Shown here: positions 27,704 through 39,924 of the stretch, piece by piece | How positions within the stretch are numbered: the stretch's first letter is position 1 | Layout of the letters: each line of letters starts with the position of its first letter | NCBI GenBank assembly: GCA_035513775.1 | Contig: DATKBR010000078.1 | Location: 3,551-67,550 of the forward strand | Length of the DNA: 64,000 nt | Source: Candidatus Limnocylindria bacterium | GTDB lineage: Bacteria > Chloroflexota > Limnocylindria > Limnocylindrales > CSP1-4 | Reading direction: 5' to 3' | Notes under the pieces: model-generated | The model's input: the letters and a program-made list of their open reading frames with translations, nothing else | What the model was told of the DNA's origin: nothing | Databases searched by the model: none | Program-made: the position numbers and the translations under genes

Positions 27704-28870
27704 TCAGGGGAACGTCAGCGCCCAGAGATCGTTGCGGGCGTCGCGGGCCAACCCGCCGAAGAGCAGGAGCCGATCGCCGGCCGAATCATGGATGAGCGTC
27801 GCGCCGGAACGCGCTGGTGGCTCGTTGCCGGAGGCCGCAAAGGGTTCGAAGCCCGCCATGCCGTCCACCGCGAGCCACGTCTCGGCGAGGGCCTCGCGAT
27901 CGCTGCCCCGGCCGCCGAACAGGAACGTCGCCGCCCCGTACCGTGCGATGGCGGGCAGGTGGCGCGGGGCGGGCGCCTGGCCCGGCACCTCGGCCCACGC
28001 GTTCGTCGGCGCGCCGCCGTTCCCGGGCGTGAACAGCCACAGGTCGCCGAGCGCGGCAACGCCGGTCGTCTGGCCGCCGTACAGCGCGAGCTGGTCACCG
28101 GAGGTCCACCAGCAGGCGTGCAGGCACCGCTCCACGGGGCGTTCCGTGGCCGGCGCCTGGTCGGACCACGTCTCGGCCTCGAAGTCGTAGGCGAGCGTAT
28201 CCGCGAACCGGACGCCATCCGAGGTGAACCCGTGCGAGATCCACAGGCGCCCGTCGGGCCCGATCCCCGAGCACGAGCCGTAGCGCGCGACCGGTGCGCC
28301 GCCGCCCGGCGGCAGGAGCCGCCACGATCCGGAGACGCCATCGCCGGCCGGCTCGAACAGCCATAGGTCGTCGAAGAACGTGGAGCCGCGCTGACCGCCG
28401 AACACCACCAGGCCGCGCCCGGGCACCCACGCCGCCTCGTGCCCGAACCGCGCGGCCGGCGTGTCGCCGGTCACGTCGAGGAAGCGCCACGATTCGGTGC
28501 CGAGGTCGAACGCCCAGAGGTCGTCGAACGCGGTGCCGCCATCGCGACCTCCGAACAGCCACGCGGTGCGGCCCTCGCCATCGACCGTCCAGGTGTGGTC
28601 CTCTCGAGGATCCGGTGCCGCGCCGTCCATCGCGAGTCTCGCCCACGTGCCGGAGTCCGGCACGGTCGTTGTCGGGGCGGGCGTGGCGACCGCGGGGCTG
28701 GCGGGCGCGTCGGTCGCGGCAGGACCACCGGCGGTGGGGGCCGGCGACGCCGAGGGCGCCGGAACGGAGGGCGACGTCGCGACCTGCCCGGTGCCCGTGC
28801 AGCCCGCCAGCACGAGGGCGAGCACGATCACGGCGGCTCCGGCGCGCGTCTGCCCCTGCCTGCGAGCCAC
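27704..28870 (-). CDS. Kelch-repeat (beta-propeller) lipoprotein
   Basis: Lipobox LVLAGC. Repeated ...W.FGG...DDLW.F... Kelch blades. Confidence 0.7.
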   Translation of the reverse strand: MARRQGQTRAGAAVIVLALVLAGCTGTGQVATSPSVPAPSASPAPTAGGPAATDAPASPAVATPAPTTTVPDSGTWARLAMDGAAPDPREDHTWTVDGEGRTAWLFGGRDGGTAFDDLWAFDLGTESWRFLDVTGDTPAARFGHEAAWVPGRGLVVFGGQRGSTFFDDLWLFEPAGDGVSGSWRLLPPGGGAPVARYGSCSGIGPDGRLWISHGFTSDGVRFADTLAYDFEAETWSDQAPATERPVERCLHACWWTSGDQLALYGGQTTGVAALGDLWLFTPGNGGAPTNAWAEVPGQAPAPRHLPAIARYGAATFLFGGRGSDREALAETWLAVDGMAGFEPFAASGNEPPARSGATLIHDSAGDRLLLFGGLARDARNDLWALTFP

Positions 28871-28881
28871 GCCGAGCGCCC

Positions 28882-30588
28882 TCAGACCAGGCCTGCGAGC
28901 GCGCCCAGGCGCTCGGTCAGGCGGACGTTCTCGGCGTAGTCGATGGGAACGTCGATCACCGACGGTCCGGGCAGGTCCAGCGCGCGCCGAAGCGTCGGGT
29001 ACAGGTCGTCCGCCGACGCGGGCCGGAAGCCGGGGATGCCGAACGACTCCGCGAATTGCACGAAGTCCGGGTTGTCGAACTCGACCCCGAACGGCCGCCC
29101 GAACTCGTTGCGCTGCTTCCAGTCGATTAGGCCGTAGCCGTTATCGCGCCAGATCACGACCACGATTCCCGCCCCGATCCGCTTCGCCGTCTCGAGCTCC
29201 TGCGCATTCATCAGGAAGCCGCCGTCGCCGCACAGCGCGACGACGTGGCGGTCGGGATGCACGAGCTTGGCCGCGATCGCGCCGGGCAGGGCGATGCCCA
29301 TCGATGCAAAGCCGTTGGAGATGATCACCGTGTTCGGTTCGTACGCCTGGAACAGGCGCGCCACCCAGACCTTGTGCGCGCCGACGTCGCTCACCACGAT
29401 GTCCTCCGGCGCGAGGGCCCGGCGGAGGTCGAAGATCGCCCGTTGCGGCGTGATCGGGAAGCCGTCGTTCGACTCGCCGGCCTGCAGGTCGGCGAGGAGC
29501 GCCGTGCGCAGGTCCGCGTGCACGAGCGTCTCGCGCGACTCGTGGCGCTCGCTCGCGCTGCGGCCGCCGACACCGCCCGGCAGCGTGGCACCCAACAGCT
29601 CCTCCAGTGCGCCGCCGATGTCGCCGATAACCTCGATCTCGGGCTGGTAGTCCGCGTCGACCTCGGCGGGCTGGGTATCGATGTGGATGATCCGCTTCGC
29701 CCCGTCCGGATTCCAGTGGGCGGGCGCGTACTCCACGAGGTCGTAGCCGACCGCGATCACGAGGTCGGCGCGATCGAACCCGGTCAGCACGTGGTCGCGG
29801 GCCTGCAGCCCGACCGCCATGAGCGAGAGGTGGGAGCGGTCGTCGACGGCGCCCTTGCCCATGAACGTCGCCGCCACGGGCAAATGAAGCCCCTTGGCAA
29901 AGGCCCGCAGCTCGCCGGACGCCGAGCGCCGCAGGACGCCGTTGCCGGCAAGGATGATCGGTCGCTCCGCCTGGTTGATCAGGCGCGCGGCGTGCGCGAT
30001 CGCCGGGTGGGATGGCTCCGGGAAGTACGCCTTCCCCGGGACCAGCGGGCGGAGCTGGTCGGCGGGGTCGAGCTCCGTCGCCGCGACGTTCTCCGGGATC
30101 TCGAGGTGGGTAGGGCCGGGCTTAGAGAGCGTCGCCACCCGGAAGGCCTTGCGCATCACCTCCGGGATCACCGCCGTGCGCTCGATCCGGGTGTTCCACT
30201 TGGTCACCGGCCGGAACATCTCGACGACGTCGACGACCTGGTGTGCCTCCTTGTGCAGCTTGTCCGACGACGCCTGCCCGGTGATCGCGACGACCGGCGC
30301 CCGGTCGAGGTAGGCGTCGGCGATGCCGGTGATGAGGTTCGTGGCGCCGGGCCCCAGCGTGGCCATCGCCACGGAGGCGCGACCAGTGAGCCGGCCGTAC
30401 ACGTCGGCCATGAACGCGGCGCCCTGCTCGTGCCGGGTGGTGACGTGCCGGACCGTCTCGCTGCGCGACAGCGAATCGAGGATTTCCATCGTTTCCTCGC
30501 CCGGCACCGAGAACACGTACTCGCAGCGCTCGGTTTCGAGGGACGCGACGATCAGGTCGGCGGCAGTGCGCGTCCGGGACTTGGTCAT
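28882..30588 (-). CDS. Thiamine-diphosphate enzyme of the acetolactate-synthase large-subunit family (catabolic ALS / 2-ketoacid decarboxylase-like)
   Basis: TPP_N, central and TPP_C domains with GDGGF and the NNxxYG-like loop RDNGYG. Start is the ATG at 30586-30588 (MTKSRTRTAADLIVASLE...). The track ORF's 167-aa N-terminal extension is artefactual. Confidence 0.8.
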   Translation of the reverse strand: MTKSRTRTAADLIVASLETERCEYVFSVPGEETMEILDSLSRSETVRHVTTRHEQGAAFMADVYGRLTGRASVAMATLGPGATNLITGIADAYLDRAPVVAITGQASSDKLHKEAHQVVDVVEMFRPVTKWNTRIERTAVIPEVMRKAFRVATLSKPGPTHLEIPENVAATELDPADQLRPLVPGKAYFPEPSHPAIAHAARLINQAERPIILAGNGVLRRSASGELRAFAKGLHLPVAATFMGKGAVDDRSHLSLMAVGLQARDHVLTGFDRADLVIAVGYDLVEYAPAHWNPDGAKRIIHIDTQPAEVDADYQPEIEVIGDIGGALEELLGATLPGGVGGRSASERHESRETLVHADLRTALLADLQAGESNDGFPITPQRAIFDLRRALAPEDIVVSDVGAHKVWVARLFQAYEPNTVIISNGFASMGIALPGAIAAKLVHPDRHVVALCGDGGFLMNAQELETAKRIGAGIVVVIWRDNGYGLIDWKQRNEFGRPFGVEFDNPDFVQFAESFGIPGFRPASADDLYPTLRRALDLPGPSVIDVPIDYAENVRLTERLGALAGLV

Positions 30589-30665
30589 GGCGCGAGTGTA
30601 GGAGGCGGAATGCGACGCGCCGATGACCGCGCAGCGCCGTACCCGCGACGCCGGCGCGGCAATCC

Positions 30666-32108
30666 CTAGCCCGGCGAGGCGAGGACCATGATCCGCAGCT
30701 CGGTCATGTCCTCGATGGCCCAGCGCAGGCCCTCGCGACCCTGGCCGGAGTCCTTGACGCCGCCGTAGGGCATGTGGTCGATGCGGTAGGTCGGGATGTC
30801 GTTGACGATCACGCCGCCAACCTCGAGTTCGTTGAACGCCTGCCAGGCATGGCCGAGATCGTTCGTGAAGACGCCGGTCTGGAGCCCGAAGAAGCTGTCG
30901 TTGACCCGGCGGATCGCGTCGTCGAAGTCGGTGAACGGGAACACGACAACGAGGGGGGCGAACGCCTCGTTCGAGCAGACCTGCGCCTCGACGGGAACGT
31001 TCTCCAGGATCGTCGGCTCGAAGAAGGCGCCGTCGGCCTTCCCGCCCGTGACGATTCGGCCGCCGAGCTGGACCGCCTCGTCGACCCAACGCTGCGTTCG
31101 CTGCGCCTGGCCCTCATCGACCATCGGCCCGACGTCCGTCGCCGGGTCGAGCGGATCGCCAAGGCGCAGCGCACGGACCCCGGCCACGAACTTCTCGAGG
31201 AACGCCTCGCGGACGTCCTCGTGCACGTACAGGCGTTGGACGCTGATGCACACCTGCCCCGCGTACGCGAACGCGCCGATGACGCAGCGCTTGACCGCCC
31301 AGTCCAGGTCGGCGGTCCTGTCGACGATGACCCCGGCGTTGCCGCCGAGCTCCAGCACGACCTTCTTCTTGCCCGCCCTCTCCTTCATGCGCCAGCCAAC
31401 CGACGGGCTGCCGGTGAAGCTCAGGAGCTTGAACCGGTCGTCGGAGACCATCCTGTCGCCCAGCTCTCGGGTCATCGGCAGGATGCTCACCGCGCCCGGC
31501 GGCAGGCCCACGCCATCTACGATCTCCGCGATCGTCAGCATCGTCAGCGGGTCCTTCGACGGCGGCTTGAGCACGATGGAACAGCCCGCGGCGATCGCCG
31601 GCGCGAGCTTGTGCGCGGCGAGATTCAGGGGGAAGTTGAACGGGCTGATCGCGGCCACCGGGCCGATCGGGAAGCGCCGTGTGATGCCCATCCGGCCCTT
31701 CGACGACGGCATCAGGTCAAGCGGGATGGTCTCGCCGTACATCCGTTCCGCCTCCTCGGCGCCGAGCCGGAACGTGAGCGTCGCGCGGTCCACCTCCACC
31801 AGCGCGTCGCGGATGGGCTTGCCGGCCTCCAGGCTCAGGATGCGGGCGATCTCCTCGCGCCGCGCCTTGATCCCGTTGCTGATCTCCCGCAGGGCGCGGC
31901 CGCGCTCGTAGGCCGGCAGCACCTTCGTGTGCTCGAACGCGGCCACGGCGGCCGTGACCGCCTCCTCGTACTGCGCCTCGGTCGCGTTGTAGGTCGCGCC
32001 TGCGGGCGTGCTCGGGTCGGCAGGATTGGCGACCTCGAGCAGGTCGGGCGAATCGACCCACTTGCCGGCCAGGTAGATCTTGTGCGGCTCGGTGGCGGTA
32101 AGGGTCAT
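30666..32108 (-). CDS. NAD(P)+-dependent aldehyde dehydrogenase
   Basis: ALDH signatures ELGGNA and the catalytic Cys in GQVCIS, plus a FTGS-type motif (SFTGSPS). 480 aa. Confidence 0.85.
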   Translation of the reverse strand: MTLTATEPHKIYLAGKWVDSPDLLEVANPADPSTPAGATYNATEAQYEEAVTAAVAAFEHTKVLPAYERGRALREISNGIKARREEIARILSLEAGKPIRDALVEVDRATLTFRLGAEEAERMYGETIPLDLMPSSKGRMGITRRFPIGPVAAISPFNFPLNLAAHKLAPAIAAGCSIVLKPPSKDPLTMLTIAEIVDGVGLPPGAVSILPMTRELGDRMVSDDRFKLLSFTGSPSVGWRMKERAGKKKVVLELGGNAGVIVDRTADLDWAVKRCVIGAFAYAGQVCISVQRLYVHEDVREAFLEKFVAGVRALRLGDPLDPATDVGPMVDEGQAQRTQRWVDEAVQLGGRIVTGGKADGAFFEPTILENVPVEAQVCSNEAFAPLVVVFPFTDFDDAIRRVNDSFFGLQTGVFTNDLGHAWQAFNELEVGGVIVNDIPTYRIDHMPYGGVKDSGQGREGLRWAIEDMTELRIMVLASPG

Positions 32109-32195
32109 GTGCGGGCTCCGTGGTGCATGACCGCATCGTACGCCGAGAGGCGCGCGACGCTCCGAAACGAGAAGACCGGCCGAATTCGGGAGGCC

Positions 32196-33137
32196 TCAGG
32201 GCTCGACGGCCCTCGGGTACGAGCCGAAGGTCCGCACCATCGTCGCGACGGCCCGGAGCTCGTCGAGCGCGGCGGCGCACGAAGGATCCGCCGCGTGGGC
32301 ATCGAGATCCGCCCAGAAGACGTACTCCCAAGCGGCGGCTCGGCTTGGTCGCGACTCCAGCTTCGACAGGTTGATGGATCGATTGGCGAACACCTGGAGC
32401 GCGGCGAGGAGGGTGCCCGGCTCGTTGCGCACGCCGAAGGCGACGGTCGTCCGGAACGATCCCGAGGCCGGCCCACCAGCGGGGGTGCCGGGTGCGGCAA
32501 GCGGGCCGGCCGCGGCGGGCGGGTCGGCCGCGGCGGGAGCGCCGGGAGAGCCGGGCGCACCGGGTCTCCCTTCCGACGCAGCGCCATACGCCGGCACGGC
32601 CTTCGCGAGCACGAGGAACCGCGTCCGGTTGTCCGGCACGTCCTGGATCGAGTTCGCAAGGACGTGCAGTCCGAGCGCCGTCGCGGCGCGCCGGGACAGG
32701 ACCGCGGCGGCGGCATCATCCGCCCTGTCGACGATGAACCTGCCGGCCCCGGCGGTGTTGTAGGTCGTCAGCAGGGCCCACGGCCGCGCCCGCAGGAACC
32801 GCTCGGCCTGGCCGAGGGCCTGGATGTGGGAGTAGACGCGTTCGATCGACTCGAGCGGCCGGTCCGGCAGCCCCGCGAGGCACAGGTCGACCGGCACGAC
32901 GACCTCGGCGTCGATCACGAGGTCGTGCTCGAGGAGCAGGTCGTACGTCTCCCGGATCGAACCGTTGACGAGATTCTCGATGGGGACGACGCCCGCCGAT
33001 GCGCGGCCGGCCTGGACCGCCTCGAATACCTCGCGGAACGACCCGACCGGCAGCCGCGGCGCGTCCCCGAACACCGCGATCGCGGCATCCTCCGCGAACG
33101 CCCCCGCCTCACCCGCGTACGCAACGCCGCCGGTCAT
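32196..33137 (-). CDS. pheA: Prephenate dehydratase (PDT + ACT domains)
   Basis: PDT-domain motifs (TRF, ESRP) and a C-terminal ACT domain. The likely start is the internal ATG near 33135 (MTGGVAYAGE...), which leaves ~10 nt after the upstream ORF's stop. The track ORF extends to 33212. Confidence 0.7.
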   Translation of the reverse strand: MTGGVAYAGEAGAFAEDAAIAVFGDAPRLPVGSFREVFEAVQAGRASAGVVPIENLVNGSIRETYDLLLEHDLVIDAEVVVPVDLCLAGLPDRPLESIERVYSHIQALGQAERFLRARPWALLTTYNTAGAGRFIVDRADDAAAAVLSRRAATALGLHVLANSIQDVPDNRTRFLVLAKAVPAYGAASEGRPGAPGSPGAPAAADPPAAAGPLAAPGTPAGGPASGSFRTTVAFGVRNEPGTLLAALQVFANRSINLSKLESRPSRAAAWEYVFWADLDAHAADPSCAAALDELRAVATMVRTFGSYPRAVEP

Positions 33138-33147
33138 GCGGCGCGAG

Positions 33148-33716
33148 CTATCGGTCGAACCAGGGGGCGCCTTCGTCGGGAGCCTCGCGATCGAGCTCCG
33201 CACGCCGGCCATGGGTCTCAGGCGCGGAGCGCTTGCCTTCGCCGGCCTCTTCGGCGGCGCCGGCCCAGTGGGCCTCCGCGAGCATTGCGTTGAGGGCTTC
33301 CACGTAGCCGTCGATGGAGGCGGCGATGATGTTGGTGCTCCGCGCGCGACCCTGGTACAGCCCGTCCGAGCGGCCGCCCTCGAGGCCCGCCGGCGGCTCT
33401 ATGGCCACGATCACAAGGCCCTCGGCCTCCGGGCCCTCGGCCAGCGCGTGGACGTCGTAGCCGACCAGCCGGGGATGGCCGTGGAGCACCTCGGCGAGGG
33501 CCGCGTCGACGGATTTGAACAGCGCGTCGACGGCGCCGTTGCCCTCGGCGGACGCGCGCCAGTGATGCGTCCCGGCTTCGATCACCACGGCGCCGCGGCT
33601 CTGCACGTTGCTGCCCGAGGTCACCGTCCAGCGCTTCAGGTGCAGGGTCGGGTCCGCCCCGGTCGGCGGGTTCGCTGGGGTCGCCTGGTTCGCTGGGAGC
33701 CCTGGGTTCTCTGCGC

Positions 33717-33720
<4 letters not shown>
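33148..33720 (-). CDS. Standalone LeuA-type C-terminal allosteric (LeuA_dimer) domain protein
   Basis: 190 aa. Pro/Ala-rich N-terminus, then GNGAVDALFKSVDAALAEVL...[24 protein letters not shown], matching the regulatory domains of the adjacent LeuA and CimA. Its ATG at 33718-33720 overlaps the cimA TGA (ATGA). Confidence 0.5.
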
Positions 33721-35366
<1,646 letters not shown>

Positions 35367-35371
35367 CTCGC

Positions 35372-36535
35372 TCACGATGCGACTCCCGTTGCGGCGCCCG
35401 AGGCGGCGCCCGAGGCGACACCGGCGCGGGCCGGGAGCCACTCCACGATCGCCGACGCCATCTCCCGGGTTCCCACGACCCGCAGGCCGGCGGTCTCGCC
35501 ATCGGCGGGCACGAGGTCCGCGGTGCGGTAGCCGTCGGCCACCGCCGCGCCCACCGCCGCCTCGACGTCGCCCGCCGCCGCCTCGAGCCCCAGCGACCAG
35601 CGCAGCAGCATCGCCGCCGACAGGATCGTGCCGCAGGGATTGGCGACGTTCTGCCCGGCGATGTCCGGGGCGGAGCCATGGATCGGCTCGTACAGGCCGA
35701 AGCGTCCGTGCGCGGTCCGCCGCTCGCCCAGCGACGCGGACGGCAGCATGCCCAGGCTGCCGGCGAGGACCGCGGCCTCGTCCGACAGGATGTCGCCGAA
35801 CAGGTTCTCGGTGACCAGGACGTCGAACATCGCGGGCCGGCGGACGAGGAGCATCGCGCACGAGTCGACGAGTTGGTGGCTGACCTCGACGTCGGGGAAC
35901 TCCGGCCGCGTCTCCTCTACGACCTTGCGCCACAGCCGCGAGGTGGCCAGGACGTTCGCCTTGTCCACGCTCGTCAGGCGGCCGCGCCGGCCGCGCGCCA
36001 GCTCCATGGCAAGGCGGACGACGCGCCGGATCTCCCCCTCCGTGTACCAGAGCGTGTCGATCCCGACACGGCCCTCTGGCGTCTCGCGCTGCTCCGACGG
36101 GCGACCGAAGTACAGCCCCGAGGTGAGCTCGCGGACGATCAGCAGGTCCACGCCTTCGAGGATCTCCGGCCGGACCGGCGACGACGGCACGAGCGCCGGC
36201 ACGATCGTGACCGGTCGAAGGTTGGCGAAGAGCTCGAGGCCGCCGCGGAGCGCGAACAGTGCCTGCTCGGGGCGGATTCGGGCGTCCGGGTCGTCCCACC
36301 GCGGCCCGCCGACGGCACCGAGCAGGACCGCGTCGCACGCCGCCACCGCGTCCAGGTCCTCGGCGCGGAGCGCGGTCCCGAAGGCATCGATCGCCGCCCC
36401 GCCGGCGACGACGTCCCGCCATGCGACCTCGAACCCGTCGCGGGCCGCGAGCGCGTCGACGACCGTGCGGGCCGCCCCGATGACCTCGGGACCGACGCCG
36501 TCGCCCCCGATCGACGCGATCTTGTACGTGGTCAT
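35372..36535 (-). CDS. leuB: 3-isopropylmalate dehydrogenase
   Basis: MTTYKIASIGGDGVGPEV N-terminus and the isocitrate/IPM dehydrogenase signature NLFGDILSDEAAVLAGSLGMLPSAS. Confidence 0.9.
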   Translation of the reverse strand: MTTYKIASIGGDGVGPEVIGAARTVVDALAARDGFEVAWRDVVAGGAAIDAFGTALRAEDLDAVAACDAVLLGAVGGPRWDDPDARIRPEQALFALRGGLELFANLRPVTIVPALVPSSPVRPEILEGVDLLIVRELTSGLYFGRPSEQRETPEGRVGIDTLWYTEGEIRRVVRLAMELARGRRGRLTSVDKANVLATSRLWRKVVEETRPEFPDVEVSHQLVDSCAMLLVRRPAMFDVLVTENLFGDILSDEAAVLAGSLGMLPSASLGERRTAHGRFGLYEPIHGSAPDIAGQNVANPCGTILSAAMLLRWSLGLEAAAGDVEAAVGAAVADGYRTADLVPADGETAGLRVVGTREMASAIVEWLPARAGVASGAASGAATGVAS

Positions 36536-36540
36536 CCCGG

Positions 36541-38229
36541 CTAGCGCATCTGCTCGGTCGTTCGCGCGCCGACGAATGCCGACGCCGAGGCGCCCTGGGC
36601 GCCGTGGAGCTTGTTGACGGCCACCAGGTACGCCTCGATGGAGGCCGCGATGATGTTCGTCGAGAGTCCGTGGCCGGACACCACCAGCGCGCCGGGTCCC
36701 ACGTCGCTGGAGCGGCGGCAGCGCACCAGCACGCGGCCCTGGGCGTCCTCGCCGCCCGAGACCGCCTTGATCTCGTACGCCTCCAGCACGGGATGCCAGC
36801 CGAACACCGGCTGGAGCGCCGCGTCCACCGCCTCGAACAGGGCGTCGACAGGCCCGTTGCCGATCGCGGCCTTGGCGTGATCCTCGTCTGCTACCGATAG
36901 CGCGACCATCCCGGTCGCCTTGCCGCCGTGCGAGGAGGTCACGTTCCAGCCCTCGAGCCGGACGGCCTGGGGCACCTCGGCGACGCGCTGCTCGACCAGC
37001 GCCACGAGGTCATCGTCGGTGACCTCCTTCTTCTCGTCGGCGAGCGCGATCGCCTGGCGGTAGATGGCGTCGAGGGCCTCGCCCTCGAGCTCATACCCGA
37101 GGTTGGCGAGCTTGGTGGCGATGCCCTTGCGGCCGGACAGCTTGCCGATCGTGATCGAGCTCCCGGCGAGCCCCACCGACTGCGGGGTCATGATCTCGTA
37201 GGTCAGCGGGTTCTTGATCACGCCGTCCTGGTGGATGCCCGACTCGTGGGCGAAGGCATTGCCGCCGACGACGGCCTTGTTCGGCTGGATCGCGAACCCG
37301 GTCAGGTAGCTGACCAGGCGGGAGGCCGCGGTGATGTGCTCGGTCTGAACGCCGTGCATGAGCGCCGTCGCGGCCGCTCCGTTCCCGCCGGTCGCCGCAG
37401 CGCCGGTCTGGAACTGCGTCGGCCGGGTGCGGAGGGCCATCACGACCTCCTCGAGCGACGCGTTGCCGGCGCGCTCGCCAAGCCCGTTGATCGTCACCTC
37501 GACCTGCCGCGCGCCGGCCTGCACGGCGGCGAGCGTGTTCGCGGTTGCGAGCCCGAGGTCGTTGTGGCAGTGGACAGAGATCGTGGCCTGGCTCCCGAGG
37601 AGGTCGACGGCACGCCCGACCAGCGCCGCGAACTCCGACGGGATGGCGTAGCCCACCGTGTCCGGGATGTTGATCGTCGAGGCGCCCGCTTCCACGACGG
37701 CCTCGTAGACCTTGAGCAGGAACTCGGGGTCGGTGCGCGACGCGTCCTCGGCGCTGAACTCGATCTCGACGTCCCGGCCCAGCTGTCTGCGGCCATAGGC
37801 GACCCAGCGGACCGCCTCCGCGAGGGCCGTCTCGCGGTCGATTCGTAGCTTGTGCTTGAGGTGGATGTCGCTGGTCGCGATGAACACGTGCAGGTGCGGC
37901 CGCTCGGCGACCTTGATCGCCTCGATCGCCCGCTGCGGGTCGCCGTCGCGGCAGCGCGCCAGTGCGGCGACCGCGATCCCGCCCTTCGTCTCCTGGGCGA
38001 TCCGGCGGACCGCTTCGAAGTCGCCGTCCGAGGCGGCCGGGAACCCCGCTTCGATCACGTCGACATTCAGGCGCGCGAGCTGCCGCGCGACCTCGAGCTT
38101 CTCCGCGGCGGTGAGGCCGGCGCCGGGCGCCTGCTCGCCGTCGCGGAGCGTCGTGTCGAAGATCCGGACGCGGCCAGGCGGGACGAGCGGCCCCGATGGA
38201 CGTGACCGGGCTCCGGCGGCGGGGGCCAT
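36541..38229 (-). CDS. leuA: 2-isopropylmalate synthase
   Basis: [36 protein letters not shown], and the C-terminal LeuA_dimer [19 protein letters not shown]...[19 protein letters not shown]. The ATG at 38227-38229 overlaps the ilvC TGA by 1 nt (TGATG). Confidence 0.9.
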   Translation of the reverse strand: MAPAAGARSRPSGPLVPPGRVRIFDTTLRDGEQAPGAGLTAAEKLEVARQLARLNVDVIEAGFPAASDGDFEAVRRIAQETKGGIAVAALARCRDGDPQRAIEAIKVAERPHLHVFIATSDIHLKHKLRIDRETALAEAVRWVAYGRRQLGRDVEIEFSAEDASRTDPEFLLKVYEAVVEAGASTINIPDTVGYAIPSEFAALVGRAVDLLGSQATISVHCHNDLGLATANTLAAVQAGARQVEVTINGLGERAGNASLEEVVMALRTRPTQFQTGAAATGGNGAAATALMHGVQTEHITAASRLVSYLTGFAIQPNKAVVGGNAFAHESGIHQDGVIKNPLTYEIMTPQSVGLAGSSITIGKLSGRKGIATKLANLGYELEGEALDAIYRQAIALADEKKEVTDDDLVALVEQRVAEVPQAVRLEGWNVTSSHGGKATGMVALSVADEDHAKAAIGNGPVDALFEAVDAALQPVFGWHPVLEAYEIKAVSGGEDAQGRVLVRCRRSSDVGPGALVVSGHGLSTNIIAASIEAYLVAVNKLHGAQGASASAFVGARTTEQMR

Positions 38230-39338
38230 CAGCCCCCCACGCTCGGATCCGGCGTTGGCTGGGTGGGGCCCGCTGCGCCTCCGGCGCCGGTTTCGACGGC
38301 TGCGGCGCCGCCGACCGTTGCCTGCGCCTCGCCGGCATCGACGACCACGGGATCCAGGAACGGCATCTGGGCACGAAGCTCGGCGCCGACTCGCTCGATC
38401 TGGTGGTCTCGATCCCGCTGGCGGAGGTTCTGGAACTCGCCGCCGCCGGCCTCCTGGACGGCGATCCAGCGATTCGCGAAGGCGCCGCTCTGGATGTCCG
38501 TGAGGACGTCTTTCATGGTTGCCTTCACGCCCTCGGCGACGCGCGGGCCGGAGACGTAATCGCCGAACTCGGCCGTGTCGCTGACGCTGAAGCGCATGAA
38601 GTTGAGGCCGCCCCGGTACATTAGGTCCACGATCAGCTTCAGCTCGTGCATCGTCTCGAAGTACGCGAGCTCGGGCTGGTAGCCGGCCTCGACGAGAGTC
38701 TCGAACGCCGCCTTGATGAGCGCCGAGACGCCGCCGCACAGCAGCGCCTGCTCCCCGAACAGGTCGGTCTCGGTCTCCTCCTTGAACGTCGTCTCGAGCA
38801 CGCCGGCGCGGGTCGAGCCGAGCGCCCGGGCGTAGGCGAGGGTCCGGGCGCGGGCCGTGCCCGTCGCATCCTGCTCGACGGCAAACAGCGCCGGGACCCC
38901 GCCACCGGCGGAGTACACGCTCCGGAGGAGGTGCCCGGGGCCTTTCGGCGCGACCATCCCCACGTCGACGCCCGGTCCCGGCTTGATCCGCTCGAACCGG
39001 ATGTTGAAGCCGTGGGCGAACATCAGGAGCGCGCCAGGCTTGAGATTCGGCTCGATCGCCGCGTCGTAGACGGCCTTCTGGGCCGTGTCGGGGACCAGGA
39101 GCATGACCACGTCGGCATCGCGGACCGCGTCGTCGACCGTGGCCACCCGGAGCTGGGCCTCCTCGGCGAGCGCGCGGCTCTTCGAGCCCGCCGCCAGCCC
39201 GACGAACACTTCGACGCCGGAATCGCGCAGGTTCAACGCGTGGGCGTGACCCTGCGATCCGTAGCCGATGATCGCGACGGTCTGGCCGTCGAGCGCCGCC
39301 GGGTCGACGTCGTTGTCGTAGTACATGCGCGCGGTCAC
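38229..39338 (-). CDS. ilvC: Ketol-acid reductoisomerase
   Basis: [21 protein letters not shown] Rossmann motif and class-I KARI motifs. GTG start at 39336-39338. Gly/Ala-rich C-terminal tail. Confidence 0.9.
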   Translation of the reverse strand: MTARMYYDNDVDPAALDGQTVAIIGYGSQGHAHALNLRDSGVEVFVGLAAGSKSRALAEEAQLRVATVDDAVRDADVVMLLVPDTAQKAVYDAAIEPNLKPGALLMFAHGFNIRFERIKPGPGVDVGMVAPKGPGHLLRSVYSAGGGVPALFAVEQDATGTARARTLAYARALGSTRAGVLETTFKEETETDLFGEQALLCGGVSALIKAAFETLVEAGYQPELAYFETMHELKLIVDLMYRGGLNFMRFSVSDTAEFGDYVSGPRVAEGVKATMKDVLTDIQSGAFANRWIAVQEAGGGEFQNLRQRDRDHQIERVGAELRAQMPFLDPVVVDAGEAQATVGGAAAVETGAGGAAGPTQPTPDPSVGG

Positions 39339-39354
39339 TGGTCTCGCCCTCGCT

Positions 39355-39924
39355 TCATCGCTTGACTGCCTCTTCGATGGATCCGGCGCCGCGCGACATC
39401 ACGACGGCCCCCGTTCGAACGATCTCCCTGATGCCGAAGCCCCGGACGCAGGTCACGAAGTCGTCGACCTCCGCCTCCGAGCCGCTGACCTCGGCGATGA
39501 CGCTCTCCGGCGAAACGTCCAGCACCCGGCCCCGCGTCAGCTCGATGAGCTTGAGGACCTCGGCGCGGTTACCCTCGGAGACGCGCACCTTCACCAGGGC
39601 GAGCTCGTGCTCGACCGTCGGCTCGGCGGTGACGTCCTGGACCTTGAGCACATCGATGAGCCGGTACAGCTGCTTCGCCGCCTGCTCGACAGCGATGTCG
39701 TCGCCGTGGAGGCTGATCGTCATCCGCGAGAAGCCCTCGCGGTCGGTGCGGCTGACGGCCAGCGAGTCGATGTTGAAGTTGCGGGCGCGCATCAGGCTGG
39801 ACACGCGGTTGAGGACGCCCGGCCTGTCGACCACGATCGCGACGAGCCGGTGCAGCCTCTGCTGGCCGCCGCCCGGCAGGGCGCGCGGCGGCGGCGCCGT
39901 GTGGGCGGGCTCGACGGCGCTCAT
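39355..39924 (-). CDS. ilvN: Acetolactate synthase small (regulatory) subunit
   Basis: ACT domain [33 protein letters not shown] plus the C-terminal ALS_ss_C region. The ATG at 39922-39924 overlaps the ilvB TGA (ATGA). Confidence 0.85.
   Translation of the reverse strand: MSAVEPAHTAPPPRALPGGGQQRLHRLVAIVVDRPGVLNRVSSLMRARNFNIDSLAVSRTDREGFSRMTISLHGDDIAVEQAAKQLYRLIDVLKVQDVTAEPTVEHELALVKVRVSEGNRAEVLKLIELTRGRVLDVSPESVIAEVSGSEAEVDDFVTCVRGFGIREIVRTGAVVMSRGAGSIEEAVKR

Noticed and set aside
30589-31089. N-terminal extensions of track ORFs (735-aa TPP enzyme, 901-aa CimA, 732-aa LeuA, 1020-aa PBP, 594-aa MttB)
   Set aside because: The extensions are Arg-rich with no homology. Internal starts give canonical protein lengths and N-termini and sit at tight operon junctions.
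33137-33212. Longer pheA start at 33212 (track ORF start)
   Set aside because: It would overlap the upstream LeuA_dimer ORF by 65 nt. The internal Met (MTGGVAYAGE) gives a standard PheA N-terminus with an ~10-nt spacer. Kept as an alternative only.
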